From assembly GCF_002113885.1 (NCBI RefSeq), contig NW_018405225.1, forward strand, positions 659,029 to 723,028: a DNA stretch of 64,000 bases, given 5' to 3'. The position numbers and the translations under genes are program-made. The first letter of the stretch is position 1, and each line of letters begins with the position of its first letter. This document shows positions 39,621 through 52,655 of this stretch, in pieces. The DNA comes from Mizuhopecten yessoensis. Its lineage: Eukaryota. The notes under the pieces are model-generated. The model was not told the origin of the DNA. It was given only the letters and a program-made list of their open reading frames with translations, and ran no database searches.

Positions 39621-39910
39621 ATACAATATAGAAAATGTCTGCCACCTGGTGGTGAGGAACTAAATATGATACAACATAGAAAATGTCTGCCACCTGATGG
39701 TGAGGAACTAAATATGATACAATATAGAAAATGTCTGCCACCTGGTGGTGAGGAACTAAATATGATACAACATAGAAAATGTCTGCCACCTGGTGGTGAG
39801 GAACTAAATATGATACAACATAGAAAATGTCTGCCACCTGGTGGTGAGAAACTAAATATGATACAACATAGAAAATGTCTGCCACCTGGTGGTGAGGAAC
39901 TAAATATGAT
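39621..39910. repeat. 48-bp x 6 minisatellite carrying a CTCF-consensus core in each unit
   Basis: Unit ATACAACATAGAAAATGTCTGCCACCTGGTGGTGAGGAACTAAATATG. The minus strand reads CCACCAGGTGGCAG in 5 of 6 units. Confidence 0.95.
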
Positions 39911-40061
39911 CGTGTTAATGATTGTTGAGTGAAACCAGATACAGTAAGTGTATCCAGTGATCTCCAAAATTGTGGTGGAGGGGGAATCAGATTATATCCA
40001 AAGTTAAAATTCTGATCTTCTTATCGGACAAAATCACTGTTTTCACTTCAGATACCACATA

Positions 40062-41376
40062 CCGTAAAAACCCATGTAATTTGCGCAGGTACTTTTTGAG
40101 GCTTAAAATCCCCCAAAAAGCTTCCATCGAATATTTTATGCACCAAAAAAAATTGAAAAAATAGTTCAAGTTCCGAAAATCGATCTCTGAATATGAAAGA
40201 CAAACCGCTTGGGATTCTTGGGATTTTTGTAATTTGTTTACTATAAGTAAGTTCATAAGTATTGTTTACACGTATAATGATGTTAAAACTAAGAAGAAAC
40301 TGCGTAAAAAGTGTATTTTGTTGTTTGTTGACACATGTGTACGCATATCGGCATACATCAATTCATTTTAGCGATATTTTACATAACACATTTACTTGCT
40401 TACAAAAACATATTAATTAATAAGTAATTCAATGTTTAGTAACCGCTGGTGCATATCTCCTGGTGAAAGACATAATTAGATACCTTTTATTGATCATAAT
40501 TACGATCAGTGAGAAGGGCTCATCATGACAAATTACAATGCAGTAATTAGCTTACAATATATCTGTGATTACCCGTTAACAATAGCTCTACTAATTGAAA
40601 TGATTTGCAGTCGCAATCGACAGACCGTGTTGTTGTTTTTTTCACTCACTAACACGTGGCGTGAATTACGAAGCCCTAGTTACTGCATTGTCTATAGACT
40701 ACAGACTGATTTGACTGATAAGGGATTATATAAAAAATATGTTTATACTAGAAGCGTGGACAATCAATAAATACTCTTCAAATCTACTCCAGGGATTTTT
40801 TTTTAAAGCAGACTATTTTGCAATGCTTCATTTAATAAATATTGAAATAATTCACGAGGTTATTACCAATCACGTGTTTACGTAATGTTAGACGCGAGAT
40901 CAACATGAAAGTGAGCCGGGAAAAACCCCATGCTGTATGCATAGGTAATTTGAAAACAAACCTAACAAAACTTACATGGAACGGGGCTTAAATTGAACAA
41001 CTACATTTTCGTAATGTCGAGATGTTGAAACTTAAGTTGATCGGCGATTCTCTGGCATAGGAATTTGGCTTAACTTTTTTTGTTAACAGTTACCTATTTA
41101 ATAATGCTTTTCACATAAACTCAGGTAACAACACAGTATGTATCAATTGTATCTTTTATTGATGTTTGACATAAATAAATGTGTTGATCGTCGTTTGTCT
41201 GTGAGGTCCGTATACCAAAGGAGATTATCTCGTGTCCAAGATGGCGGTCTACCAGAATCGTCGATCTTTTCATGAAAAAAACTTGAAATTGCATATACCT
41301 GTGTATTTTACGCACCCCCTACTTTGGGTATTAAATTTCTGGAAAAAAAGTGCACAAATTACATGGGTTTTTACGG
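40062..41376. mobile_element. Non-autonomous Tc1/mariner-pogo-like element, 1315 bp
   Basis: TA|CCGTAAAAACCCATGTAATTTG ... CAAATTACATGGGTTTTTACGG|TA (perfect 22-bp TIR, TA flanks). No transposase ORF. Confidence 0.9.
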
Positions 41377-43690
41377 TAAACAACCATCATCATATTTATG
41401 GTATAAATTGAACTATGCATTCTTGCTATTTTGCACCATGATTTGTTCAGAATTATGTCCCGTAGAAACTATCTACGCATTGACCAACTGATAGAATCAC
41501 CGGAGTGAGCTCAATACACTCTGTATATGGATTCTAGTCCACCTTTTAAACATGTCAACCAAATCCAAACTTAGCTATTCACCAGACAACTCACAGGTTA
41601 ATTATTGTGGAACTCTCTTGGGATAAGAGATTCATCAAGGTACCCGCTAACATAAATTCTTAAATTTCATTTTCATTCAGTTTTTGAAATCTTATTGAAA
41701 ATCTATATCACTAGTGCAGACATTATATTAAACAAAATTTGAGATTCGTTGACATCCCCTATTGTATTCCTCTTTACTCCCCTAGTCTATTTCAGCATGA
41801 CCTGGACATACTGTGTGCCCTCTCCTAGAAACAAGAGTTTGAAGGCGTCAGATCTCTGTATCTATTTATCTTTGAATGTTTATCATCTTGTAGACTGATG
41901 GGGTCGTTCGTCATCACAACAGTTTGTTTTGACAGATGTTGGAGGGTGTGTGGGGCAGGAGGTAGAGATGGGAGGGTATAGACCTCAGTTGGGGTATAGG
42001 GTTATAGGTGAAATGTTGTACAGGTGACAGACCTAGGATTTACTGTAAGAACACCTGCATTAACGATTTCTTGTATTGGAACTTACAGAAGTGATAGTGA
42101 TTCTGGAAAATGTATTCTGAGGAGAGCCTAATAATTTCATGTATAGAATACCTACTCAACCATTCATTTGTGTAAAAAGGATTGTTTTTCACTTACACAT
42201 TGGGATGTCCTCGGTTTGTTGAAAATTATCCTGAACAAATATTCCAATTACCGGTAATAGAATTTCTGTGACATCAGAAATAGATTTTTTTCTGAAAAAA
42301 CTACTAATCTGATACAGTGTACTGTATCTTTGCAAGGATTACATGTTGTACAGTGGAACCTTGTTAGGCAGAGAAACAGCCGGCAGTTGTTGATTTAGGT
42401 AGTAATGACACAGAAATGTTTACTGAAACAGTAGCTCTATCTGGATGAGGAATTCAGGCTAACTGTTCAGGTGTCTGGATTTTATAAGTGTTTCCTATAT
42501 ATCAGATAGAAAAGCAGTCATTCAACCTTTTTGTGTGTTTTACTAATCCATGGAAACATTTCAAAAGAACAATGCTGCAGCTGACAATCAAATTCAGCAT
42601 TGTTATCTGTTAACATTTTGTTGTAATGTTTGATCAATGATTTTTTGAATTTTGAATTTTTTCCTGTGTCATCAATTTTGATATGAGTTATTTGATCATT
42701 AGTTTCACTCATGTCATTAATTTTCTATTAGACTATATTCAAATTCCGACTTATTTGAGATATAACTGTTGTTTCCAATAAAATCAACTGTAAATCAATG
42801 GACATTACATTAAAGGCGGTATGAATCACCAGTGGGGAGAACTCTATAAGCATCAAGTAGACTGGTTATAATTCTAACTATATAGTAATTAGGACACCAT
42901 TCGTAGTAATCCTCCACATATTCTACAGAGTTCCTTGTTGCCTCTCTAAGCCTGCTTTATCTCCCCTGTTTATTTTACACTATCTTCTAATAAATAAAAA
43001 CATCGCAATAATTTGGCATAACATCAAGAGATTATGAGATTTCTTACAAAGTTCGAACTGATGTAGGACCATGCTACACGAGCCAAGTAAGTTGTTTTCA
43101 ACTCATCAACTTATTCATCATAATGAATGGGGTTTTTTTTGGGAGACTTTATATTAAATAATGTTAGCATGTTAATGTAAAATGTCAGATTGAAAAAAAC
43201 ACCTTACCATATATTTAGGTTTTATTATTCTACAGTTGCTGAAAATTAATATTCTTTTAAACTGAACTTTGTTTTTCTGTATGGAGGTACTGATGATGCT
43301 GCTTAGTGAAAAAAGCATATGGTTTCTGTTGATAAATAAGTAGTTTGCATTTACATTTAAAATTCTAATCAGAAACTCAACAACTGAACCGTGCATGTTT
43401 ACTAATTCAATAATCTCCAATTGTTCTGCAGTTTATAAACCTGTTGTGATTTAATTATGAGTCATCAGATATTTTTTAAAAAGGTAACTGACTTTTCATC
43501 TTATTAAATAACCCTGTTTCCAATACAGTTGAAATTTGAAAGTCATCCCCTGTAAAGGTTTTTCATCATTATCTGTTTTATTTTTAAAAATCTGAACAGC
43601 TTCTATCTGATATAAAGGAAATCACACTTTAATAGGACTTTATCTTTGAAGGGATAACAGACATGTAGGAGCAATCTTAACCACAATCGC

Positions 43691-43803
43691 TGTTTGTATA
43701 CCTCCTTAAATGTGAAGAGTACATGTGTTTGTATTAAACCTCCTTAAATGTGAAGAGTACATGTGTTTGTATACCTCCTTAAAAGTGCAGAGTACATGTG
43801 TTT
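43691..43803. repeat. ~35-bp x 3 repeat (TGTTTGTATACCTCCTTAAATGTGAAGAGTACATG)
   Basis: Directly visible. Confidence 0.85.
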
Positions 43804-43843
43804 GCTTGTGAAGTTGTATAGATGTTCTACTTGTTTGGAGTCT

Positions 43844-44463
43844 GCATTTCTAACAGCTCTTAGTAGTACAAGTAACTGTAGGTAGGTGGAGGCATTTCTA
43901 ACAGCTCTTAGTAGTACAAGTTACTGTAGATAGGGGGAGGCATTTCTAACAGCTCTTAGTAGTACAAGTAACTGTAGATAGGGGGAGGCATTTCTAACAG
44001 CTCTTAGTAGTACAAGTAACTGTAGATATGAAGAGGCATTTCTAACAGCTCTTAGTAGTACAAGTTACTGTAGATAGGGGGAGGCATTTCTAACAGCTCT
44101 TAGTAGTACAAGTAACTGTAGATAGGGGGAGGCATTTCTAACAGCTCTTAGTAGTACATGTACATAGGGGGAGGCATTTCTAACAGCTCTTAGTAGTACA
44201 AGTAACTGTAGATATGAAGAGGCATTTCTAACAGCTCTTAGTAGTACAAGTTACTGTAGATAGGGGGAGGCATTTCTAACAGCTCTTAGTAGTACAAGTA
44301 ACTGTAGATAGGGGGAGGCATTTCTAACAGCTCTTAGTAGTACATGTACATAGGGGGAGGCATTTCTAACAGCTCTTAGTAGTACAAGTAACTGTAGATA
44401 GGGGGAGGCATTTCTAACAGCTCTTAGTAGTACATGTACAAGTAACTGTAGATAGGGGGAGGC
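43844..44463. repeat. 48-bp minisatellite x ~13 (GCATTTCTAACAGCTCTTAGTAGTACAAGTAACTGTAGATAGGGGGAG)
   Basis: Recurrent variants (TGAAGAG, the shortened GTACATGTACA unit) repeat at ~185-bp spacing. Confidence 0.95.
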
Positions 44464-46129
44464 AAAGTCTGTAATAAAGCTACAGGATTATAATGTCATA
44501 CCACTTTATACTTTAGCATAGTGTAGAAACCCTAGTAAATAACCCAGACCTGATTGTACTCCACTGAAGAGGCAGGTACAGTGGAGCAACAAACTAAGGG
44601 TACAGTGTCTGACTGTGTGGTCCAAAGGCCAGTTGTTGGACCAACTTTGCTTTGCAGTCACTTGTGTGTATGCTTACAAATTGTTACTGTGCACTTACAA
44701 GCTTCTGGAAGACATTTGGTAGATGTCTGACTCATTAAACGTTTTAACACAATAACAGAAGATAGTGTCTCACAGATTTGGGATTTGAGATGTAATTTCC
44801 TCCTTTGTTAGGCTATATAGACTCCAGGATTTTAAAGTAATGTCCAGGGGATCTGTTAGACGCTGTTGGAGAGTGCTGATGGCTAAATGTGCTAGTATTA
44901 TTGGCGTTGGATTGGACTTTTAGCTGTATCAGTATAGCTTTTTAATGAGTACAGACTTAGCTCGATAAACAGGTGTATTGTACTTTCTATCCGCAATTAA
45001 TTTAATAGATTTTTACAATAAACATTGTCTATGTCAGGTTTATAGTGGCTGATGTATCATTTAGATCATAATGATGAAATTTGAGAATATGCAATATAAT
45101 TTTGTTGAGAAGAGATGAGAAGAAGATGGTATACATACTAGAAACCATCAAATAACCATGGAGTATTAATATAATGACAGGGAAGTAAAAATTGAAAACT
45201 GTCATATTGTCTTCTAAGTATTTGCTAAGAAATGAAATATTGATAATTATGTTGAACTTGTCCTACCGGAATATCAAATTACAAGATCATACCATGATGT
45301 TGTAACCAGGATTTCAGAGTTCTGTTACAAGTCTTGGTGTATTATTGGAGCTAAAGTTTGGTATAGCTGACTCATGTGTGATAGAATTCTATGGTTGGCA
45401 AATGCTTTTAATCATTTCAGAGTTTCCGTAAATTGGCTGAGGACTGATAAGTTTAAGAGACGGGCGGTGTGTGAATGTGTTACTTCTGGTTAGTTTGATG
45501 GCCGCCCCTGCCTAAAACTGTCCAGACATTTAAAGATGGTTGGGCGTCTTCCCTAAAGAATCTATGGACATGGTTTTTATATAATTTTTATGGTTTTTAT
45601 ATAATTTGTATATGTTTTATATAACTCATAATTGTATAAAAGTATTTTAAGTCTGAATAAAGGGTTTTCAGAAGTTCTGCAAAACTTTGAATGGAAATCA
45701 TGACAAGTTCAAGGTCACTGTGATCTAGATCAGAATTGTAATTTTGACCTCTGGTATGATCTTTTACCCTAAGAACACAGCTGATATGGGAGTATCATGT
45801 ATTCAGTGATATAGGGTTAGCATTGTCCAGTTTGAAAGCTGCCTGGTCTTATCAGTTTCTCAGTCAGGGAGGGGAAAGCCAGAATTAAAATTGATGATTC
45901 TACAAGGGAGAAAAGATAATTCAGTTGAAGGGGATGCTAATTGAAGGGGGAATATATGTATGAAGAGAAAGGGATAACAGGCATGCATGGAGGGAGAGAA
46001 GATATGAACAGACATGGAAGAATAAGAGAGGAACACTTATGGAAAGATAGAAAGTGAGGGCCACATTTTGTGAGAGGGAAGGCAAGAAATATACTTTAAA
46101 ATGTAGAGAAAACTTGGGACACTTATGTG

Positions 46130-46671
46130 GGAAGGAAAGGGGCGTGGTACGTAGCCATGGGCAAGGGAGTAGAGAGGTGGCAGTTACCTTCAAATGAGTG
46201 CTCAGTACTGCTCACAGGTCTGGGGGAATAAAGGGTGAGGGTATGTATGTACTCATACTGGAAGAGAACGGGAGGTCAACAAAGAGAAAGTGATAAAACA
46301 GGCAAGTGTAAGCTGATCAAATAACCTAATTAGAAACAGATAAATGGTTCTGATGGAATCAGAGATCTCCTGATTTCAAGTCTAGCATAGAAAACAGAAC
46401 ATTCGGCTTTCTGTTTTTTGTGTGAATGGCCATACATTGCTTTTGCTGTCAGTCACACTACAGAAGATGCTACTTAGAAAGTTGTAATTTTGTGAGTGTG
46501 CTAGAGACTATTGTAACAATATTTTAAAAAATTCAATTGACTTGATTGGTGTTTTTTTTATCTAAAATCTATAATAAAGGCAGTGAGTGTTTGGTAAGCT
46601 TAAAAGAAGTTAAAATATGTAAACATTGAAATAACATTAACTCAAAAGATATCAAGGCGGAGTCACAACAG
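46130..46671 (+). promoter_or_regulatory. Putative internal promoter and non-coding first exon
   Basis: GC-box-like GGGGCGTGG at ~46139-46147, Inr-like TCAGTC at 46449-46454, and a strong donor CAG|gtaaga at 46671/46672. It pairs with the strong acceptor ctctttctctctctttccttgtctcag| at 47160. Confidence 0.4.
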
Positions 46672-49304
46672 GTAAGAGGTGTTAAAAGTTTTATATCCAT
46701 TCTCTAGCAGATGAATAACCTGTATTTTAAAATATAATTCTTTTTAGAAACATTTATATATAATGATACATTTTAGCATTTTAAAATATTTCAAACAAAA
46801 TATTTTTGTATTTAATTTAGTAAATAGAAACTAACAATGCTTTGGAGAGTGGGTTTTGTGTGTGAATTATTATCAACACATATAACATTAAAGAAAACCT
46901 TTGAAACATCACTGTAATATTGCTTTAAATGTATCTGATTTGAATGAATATAACCATAATTGAAACCTTCTGGGTAACTTTCCCCTAGGGTTATTTTGAC
47001 TGTAGCTATCCCTGTATTGTACGCACATGTACACACCTAGATAGAAGATGATAGATGTGTAGATAAATCATCATCACATGGATGTTTGTATGCTATACTG
47101 GTCTGTTATTACCACACAACAGTGATTAAATTACTCTTTCTCTCTCTTTCCTTGTCTCAGGTTCGCTTAGCTTTCACTTATGTACCCATCAACGTCGACT
47201 TTTCGGCACTTTCGTACATAGTTCTAGTATTCCTGTATATCATATTTTCACTTTCATATTTTTTTATCTTTCACTTTCTTAGTAGAAAGAATGTTCATGT
47301 AATTACAGTGAATTCTCATTCATGTTAGCAGACTAATGAACAACTTCAGAGGGATTGGGTGTGTTATTCGTTAAAATGTTTTTCGTCTGAGGTGATTACG
47401 TGTACCTATAAAAACCTTGAGGTGCAAAGAACTGCCAAAATATGAGCTGTTTTCGAGTGGGTAGGAACATTTTGTGCAAATCTTCAGCATTTTCTGTTCT
47501 GTCTAGAAGTGTGTGATCAGTAGCGGACTGCTCACTTCAGTGACAATTCTGTTGTTGTCATAGTTTAAGCTCAACGGAAGTTTGCAATTTTGTGTGGTGA
47601 ATATCTTTTCCTGTAAGAATCCTAACAGATGGGATAATGATTTCAAGAACATTGTGCCTGGATGTTGAAAATTGTGCTTATACTATGCTTTTAAGTCTGA
47701 GGAAACATTTTAAAATGATGTATTTATGACTTTCGTGCTGTGAGAGACAATTAACTAAGATAATATTGTCAAATGGTGTAAGAGCTAAAACGACACTTTC
47801 GGAAGTTCATTTTAATGAAAAGACACATAGCTCTCGATCAACTTGATTGAAAAATAATTTGGAAACCTAAGCGTGAACTTTCTGTACCTGAAGGCCTAGT
47901 TGAAAGATATCTGTCAATCTTGTGCACTTACCCATCTTCCCTTTAGAGCATAAACTGAAAATATATACATGAAGAATATTCTAAAGAGCCTGTCATCTAC
48001 TAAAAGTGGAAAAACAATCAGCAATTTTCCTTCCTTGGTGACTTCAACAGTTGAAAGCTGTAATATTTTACTGAAAGCTTTTTGTCAAACGAGACACAAT
48101 CATTTGTCAGACTGTAGACTTGTGTAATTCATTTGGTTTCAAACCAATTTCCGAAATCTTGATGTTTTTCAAATTGCTGTCACTTTATTAAGTTACCATT
48201 GCCAACATTTTGGAACAGTTCATTGACTTCTATCCTCGCCGACAGTATATATCAAATATTCTCAGATGCTTTCCAAATTATTTTTTAAATGTAGTTTGAT
48301 CTTCAACACAGAAACTGGAAATCTCATATTCTTAAATGTTTTCATGGAATTCTGTAGAAATGATGGAGGAAGACAGTTTGGTAAATTGATGATGTCGTCT
48401 GCTGATGAAATACATATCTGACTTAAATATGTTGTGAAGTCAAAGAATTGAACAAATTAATATTTAAGAACCAACTTTTGTGGTGTATCAGACTTTTTTC
48501 TGCTGAATTTGGAGTACAAATATCTGAATGTTTTTTTTACATTTCCGTTGATCAAAAATTTGCGTCGTGTTTTAACTTGTAGCTTCTGTGTTCCAACATT
48601 CTGCCATTGGACAAAAAGACGAAGATCATATTGGCAGGATGTTTCACGGTTTTCTCCTCATCCTTACAGTTATGTGATTTTGATAGACAACGGCTTTGCA
48701 ACAGATAACTGCACCTCACGCTATCAGCACCTGTGGGGGGGCTCCCATGACTGTTGGAGGTCAACAAAGGTCATTGTGTCTACTGCAGACATAATTTGAA
48801 AAAGATCTGTCTGTGTACACCAAAGATAACAAGACTGATAAGTTTTCATGGTGGAGAGTTCCAAACCTCAGAGCAGAACTGTGAGGGATAGTTATGTTCT
48901 TTTGAGTGTAAATGATAGCAGACTTAATCGCGGATATATCTCAAAATATAGTTGTAATATGGAGGCTATCTGGTGAAGATCCATGTCGTCATTTGGAAAA
49001 AAAAGTAATTTATGATGCACCTATCATGTACCAGGAAAACATGTACTGTTTATCTGTGTGTGTGTTATAGTTTAAGTCTTATCACGTCCAGGGGAGATAA
49101 TTTGGATTAACGTTTGTTTTGTGTTGACATATGATAGTGCTGTAAAATTATTCTTCCTGGAGTTACCAAAAAAACACTTCAAACATTTATGGGGTTAAAG
49201 TTTTACAGTAACAATGTATTTACATTATTGATGGAAAAAAAGAAAAAACTTTTCACAAATCTTTTGACCAAAGTGAACACATCTATATCAACATCAGCCA
49301 AACA

Positions 49305-49433
49305 ATGTATTGCAATAACTACAGTCGCTACGGATCGTCCGACAGTCACATTCAATTCGACGATTATGGACCACATCCTCAACTCAGAAGATCTGAATCT
49401 AATCAGAGCAAGAAAAAGAAATCAAAATCAAAG
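49305..49433 (+). CDS. Putative alternative first coding exon of a short NOS1AP isoform (MYCNNYSRYGSSDSHIQFDDYGPHPQLRRSESNQSKKKKSKSK)
   Basis: ATG in caaacaATG context, 43 stop-free and CpG-rich codons, then a phase-0 donor AAG|gtttgt compatible with the 55850 acceptor. An in-frame TAA lies upstream at 49209. Confidence 0.65.
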
Positions 49434-49792
49434 GTTTGTTAAAACTCTCAAAGTGTAAGAACTGAATGCTATTAACCAGTGATCTATAATTCAACGTGTT
49501 AAACATTAATACTATTTTGTTCTGTTTTGTTATATTTTGTTATATTGTTGTTGTAATTGATTGTTTGGTGTATCAGGAGCATTTATGTTGAAAGATGATA
49601 TTATGGCAACTAATCTCTAGCTGGTATTTTCTCATAAATGTGTAATATAACGAAATCTAGATTCAAGTTTTAAACTGCTTTCCTGTCCTGTTATTTCAAG
49701 GAGAATTGTACTCTAATCATTTTCAACTCTTCTGACATCCCAATTAAGTGAACAATTTCAGATACCTTTATTGTTTATTAAAACATGTTTCA

Positions 49793-49935
49793 TATATATA
49801 TACAATGTACTTTATAGATATACAGTATATATACAGTGTATTTTATAGATATACAGTATATATATATACAGTGTACTTTATAGATATATACAGTGTACTT
49901 TATAGATATACAGTATATAGATATACAGTGTACTT
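49793..49935. repeat. AT-rich TATACAG/TATAGA low-complexity repeat
   Basis: Iterations of TATATACAGTGTACTTTATAGA. Confidence 0.85.
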
Positions 49936-50498
49936 TTAATGTCATTGGGTGTCCATGGCCAGAGCTCACATCACTGGCCAGATCTACTTTGGGCTGACTG
50001 GATATTCTGATAATTTGTACCTATCTGAATTGGACCAAAACTGCTCAATGAATTATTTACTTCTATTTGATATTTTTTGCTTAAACAGTTTTGATAAGTA
50101 AAATTGACACATGTCAAATGAAAGTGATTTTCTGTATGCAACAATACGAAGTTTTGATTTTGTGAGGTGTTTATCTATAATCTTTTCAATATCAGTTGTT
50201 GAAGTAAAAAACAAGTATAGGATTTTCCTATATCTTTTGAAATTACAGGTTCGCTAACAATGCACTTCAAAAGCAACAAAGTTATTAAAATATTTAACTT
50301 ACAGATTGTAATATATGTACAATGTATAGACTTTGTCAGGCCATATTACAAGTTCGTAGTTGGTTAGAACTGATCTAATGCTAATGTTGATGGTTCTGCT
50401 TCTTTTAAAATACACATACACTATCTGAAAAATCAAGTCTAATCATATTCTTGATTCAAAGGACTCCGCTGGGGGTGCCAATTTGGACCAACTTGTGG

Positions 50499-50855
50499 CA
50501 TCCTCGATATCCAGGAGTTACGCTCACTTTCACTCTCTACACCCCTGGAATATGTCATAGCAAAGTAGACGGGCTCAGTGTGCACCACCTTGTGGACGAG
50601 ACAAGAAGACTAGTTCGATCCTTAATTGATATACATCAAAAGAATCTCGCGGTCACGTAACGGTACAATTTACAGGCTTTAAAGTTGGGCATCTCTCCTT
50701 TGTAATCTTCAAAGGACAGGTATCAGCCTAGCGATTGGTCAGGTTTTTTTACCTAAGACCAATCAAACAGCTATCTCCGTGCCATTAATTTTGCTATGAC
50801 ATTTTCCAGGGGTGTAGAGAGCGAAAGTGAGCGAAGCTCCTGGATATCAAGGATA
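50499..50855. mobile_element. Non-autonomous element with ~65-bp TIRs and a degenerate 9-bp TSD (AcademH-like)
   Basis: ATCCTCGATATCCAGGAGTTACGCTCACTTTCACTCTCTACACCCCTGGAATATGTCATAGCAAA is mirrored at ~50790-50854. Flanks AACTTGTGG / ACCCTGTGG match 7/9. The superfamily is inferred. Confidence 0.75.
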
Positions 50856-51737
50856 ACCCTGTGGTGGCTTAATCACTGATAATATATACCTTGGGGTTAT
50901 GGCATCATGATAAAGATACAGACACAGATATTTTATTAGAGTCTCACCTTCTGCATACATTTTTACAATGATACAATAAAATATATATAAAACATATGAC
51001 GAAAGCCACTCTAAAAGAGTTACGAGATACTAAAAATAGTATATTTGAAATGAAATTAAGGTCAGCTTGGAGACCATTCCAAGATATGAAGGGGTAAGGT
51101 GGGGGACCAAAATCACAAATGAAACTTATCGGTGATAGCCACCAGAAGGCCCAAATTTGCATTCCTCCTTTTTATATCAACAGTTATTTCTTAGAATGCC
51201 GGACTCATTATCAATAATGAAAATGAAAATTATATAGTGTGTTTGCACTGTATGAGATGTTTACATCATTAGGACTTCAACATGAGAAACAATGTCTTCT
51301 ATTGAATTGTTTTCCTACAAGTGAAATTAATATGTCCATCTGTGGTAATTTCATCAGTAATATATTTTGTGTGGTCCTAACATATTGGATAAAACACATT
51401 CTATTTAATCTGAATATCATTTGACAAAAGAAGGTGATTTTCCTGAAAATGTTATGTTTCATATGCATTACAGAGGGCAAAACAAAGGGGATCCTATTTA
51501 TAACGGTTGTGTCTTACATAGACAACACAAAACAGAATGATCTTACTCAGTAATGTGTGTTTCACAACGAGGCACAATACAGGTACATCCTGTTTGTCTC
51601 AAACAGACAACATGACATAATTTATAGCTTGATTGTACTGCAATTTGTCTCATACAGAAAGCATGATGAAGTGATTCTTTTGAAATGTGGTGCATTCAAA
51701 AATATGGCTCGATAAAGAATGTTAAAGAAAGACAAAA

Positions 51738-52655
51738 ACAGGACAGCTTGAGTTATAGTGCTGTCTCACAGAAATGTCATATCACAAACACAGGGCAGCT
51801 GGCGTTAAAGTGCTGTCTCATATAAATGTCATATCACAAACGCAGGACAGCTGGAGTTAAAGTGCTGTCTCCCAGAAATGTCATATCACGAACACAGGAC
51901 AGCTGGCGTTAAAGTGCAGTCTCAATGAAATGTCATCACAAACGCAGGACAGCTGGAGTTAAAGTGCTGTCTGAATGAAATGTCATGTCACACACACAGG
52001 ACAGCTGGGGTTAAAGTGCTGTCTTAATGAAATGTCATGTCACACACACAGGACAGCTGGGGTTAAAGTGCTGTCTGAATGAAATGTCATGTCTCAAACA
52101 CAGGACAGCTAGAGTTATAGTGCTGTCTCAATGAAATGTCATGTCACAAACACAGGACAGCTGGGGTTAAAGTGCTGTCTGAATGAAATGTCATGTCACA
52201 AACACAGGACAGCTGGAGTTATAGTGCTGTCTCACAGAAATGTCATGACAAACACAGGACAGCTGGAGCTATAGTGCTGTCTCACAGAAATGTCATCACA
52301 AACACAGGACAGCTCGAGTTATAGTGCTGTCTCACAGAAATGACATCACAAACACAGGACAGCTGGAGTTATAGTGCTGTCTCACAGAAATGACATCACA
52401 AACACAGGACAGCTGGAGTTATAGTGCTGTCTTACAGAAATGTAATCACAAACACAGGACAGCTGGCGTTATAGTGCTGTCTCACAGAAATGTCATCACA
52501 AACACAGGACAGCTAGAGTTAAAGTGCTATCTCAATGAAATGTCATGTCACAAACACAGGGTAGCTGGAGTTAAAGTGCTGTCTCAATGAAATGTCATGT
52601 CACAAACACAGGACAGCTGGCGTTATAGTGCTGTCTCAATGAAATGTCATGTTAC
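51738..52655. repeat. 50/52-bp minisatellite x ~18 (CACAAACACAGGACAGCTGGAGTTAAAGTGCTGTCTCAATGAAATGTCATGT)
   Basis: Directly visible. Each unit has a GACAGC..GCTGTC stem and the E-box CAGCTG. Confidence 0.95.

Noticed and set aside
39084-39910. CRISPR-like appearance of the regular repeat arrays
   Set aside because: Units are head-to-tail with no unique spacers, there are no cas genes, and the context is a spliceosomal intron.
49189-49458. Listed 89-aa ORF overlapping the candidate alternative exon
   Set aside because: Its frame would leave the 49433 donor in phase 2, out of frame with the next exon; the ATG-49305 frame fits instead.
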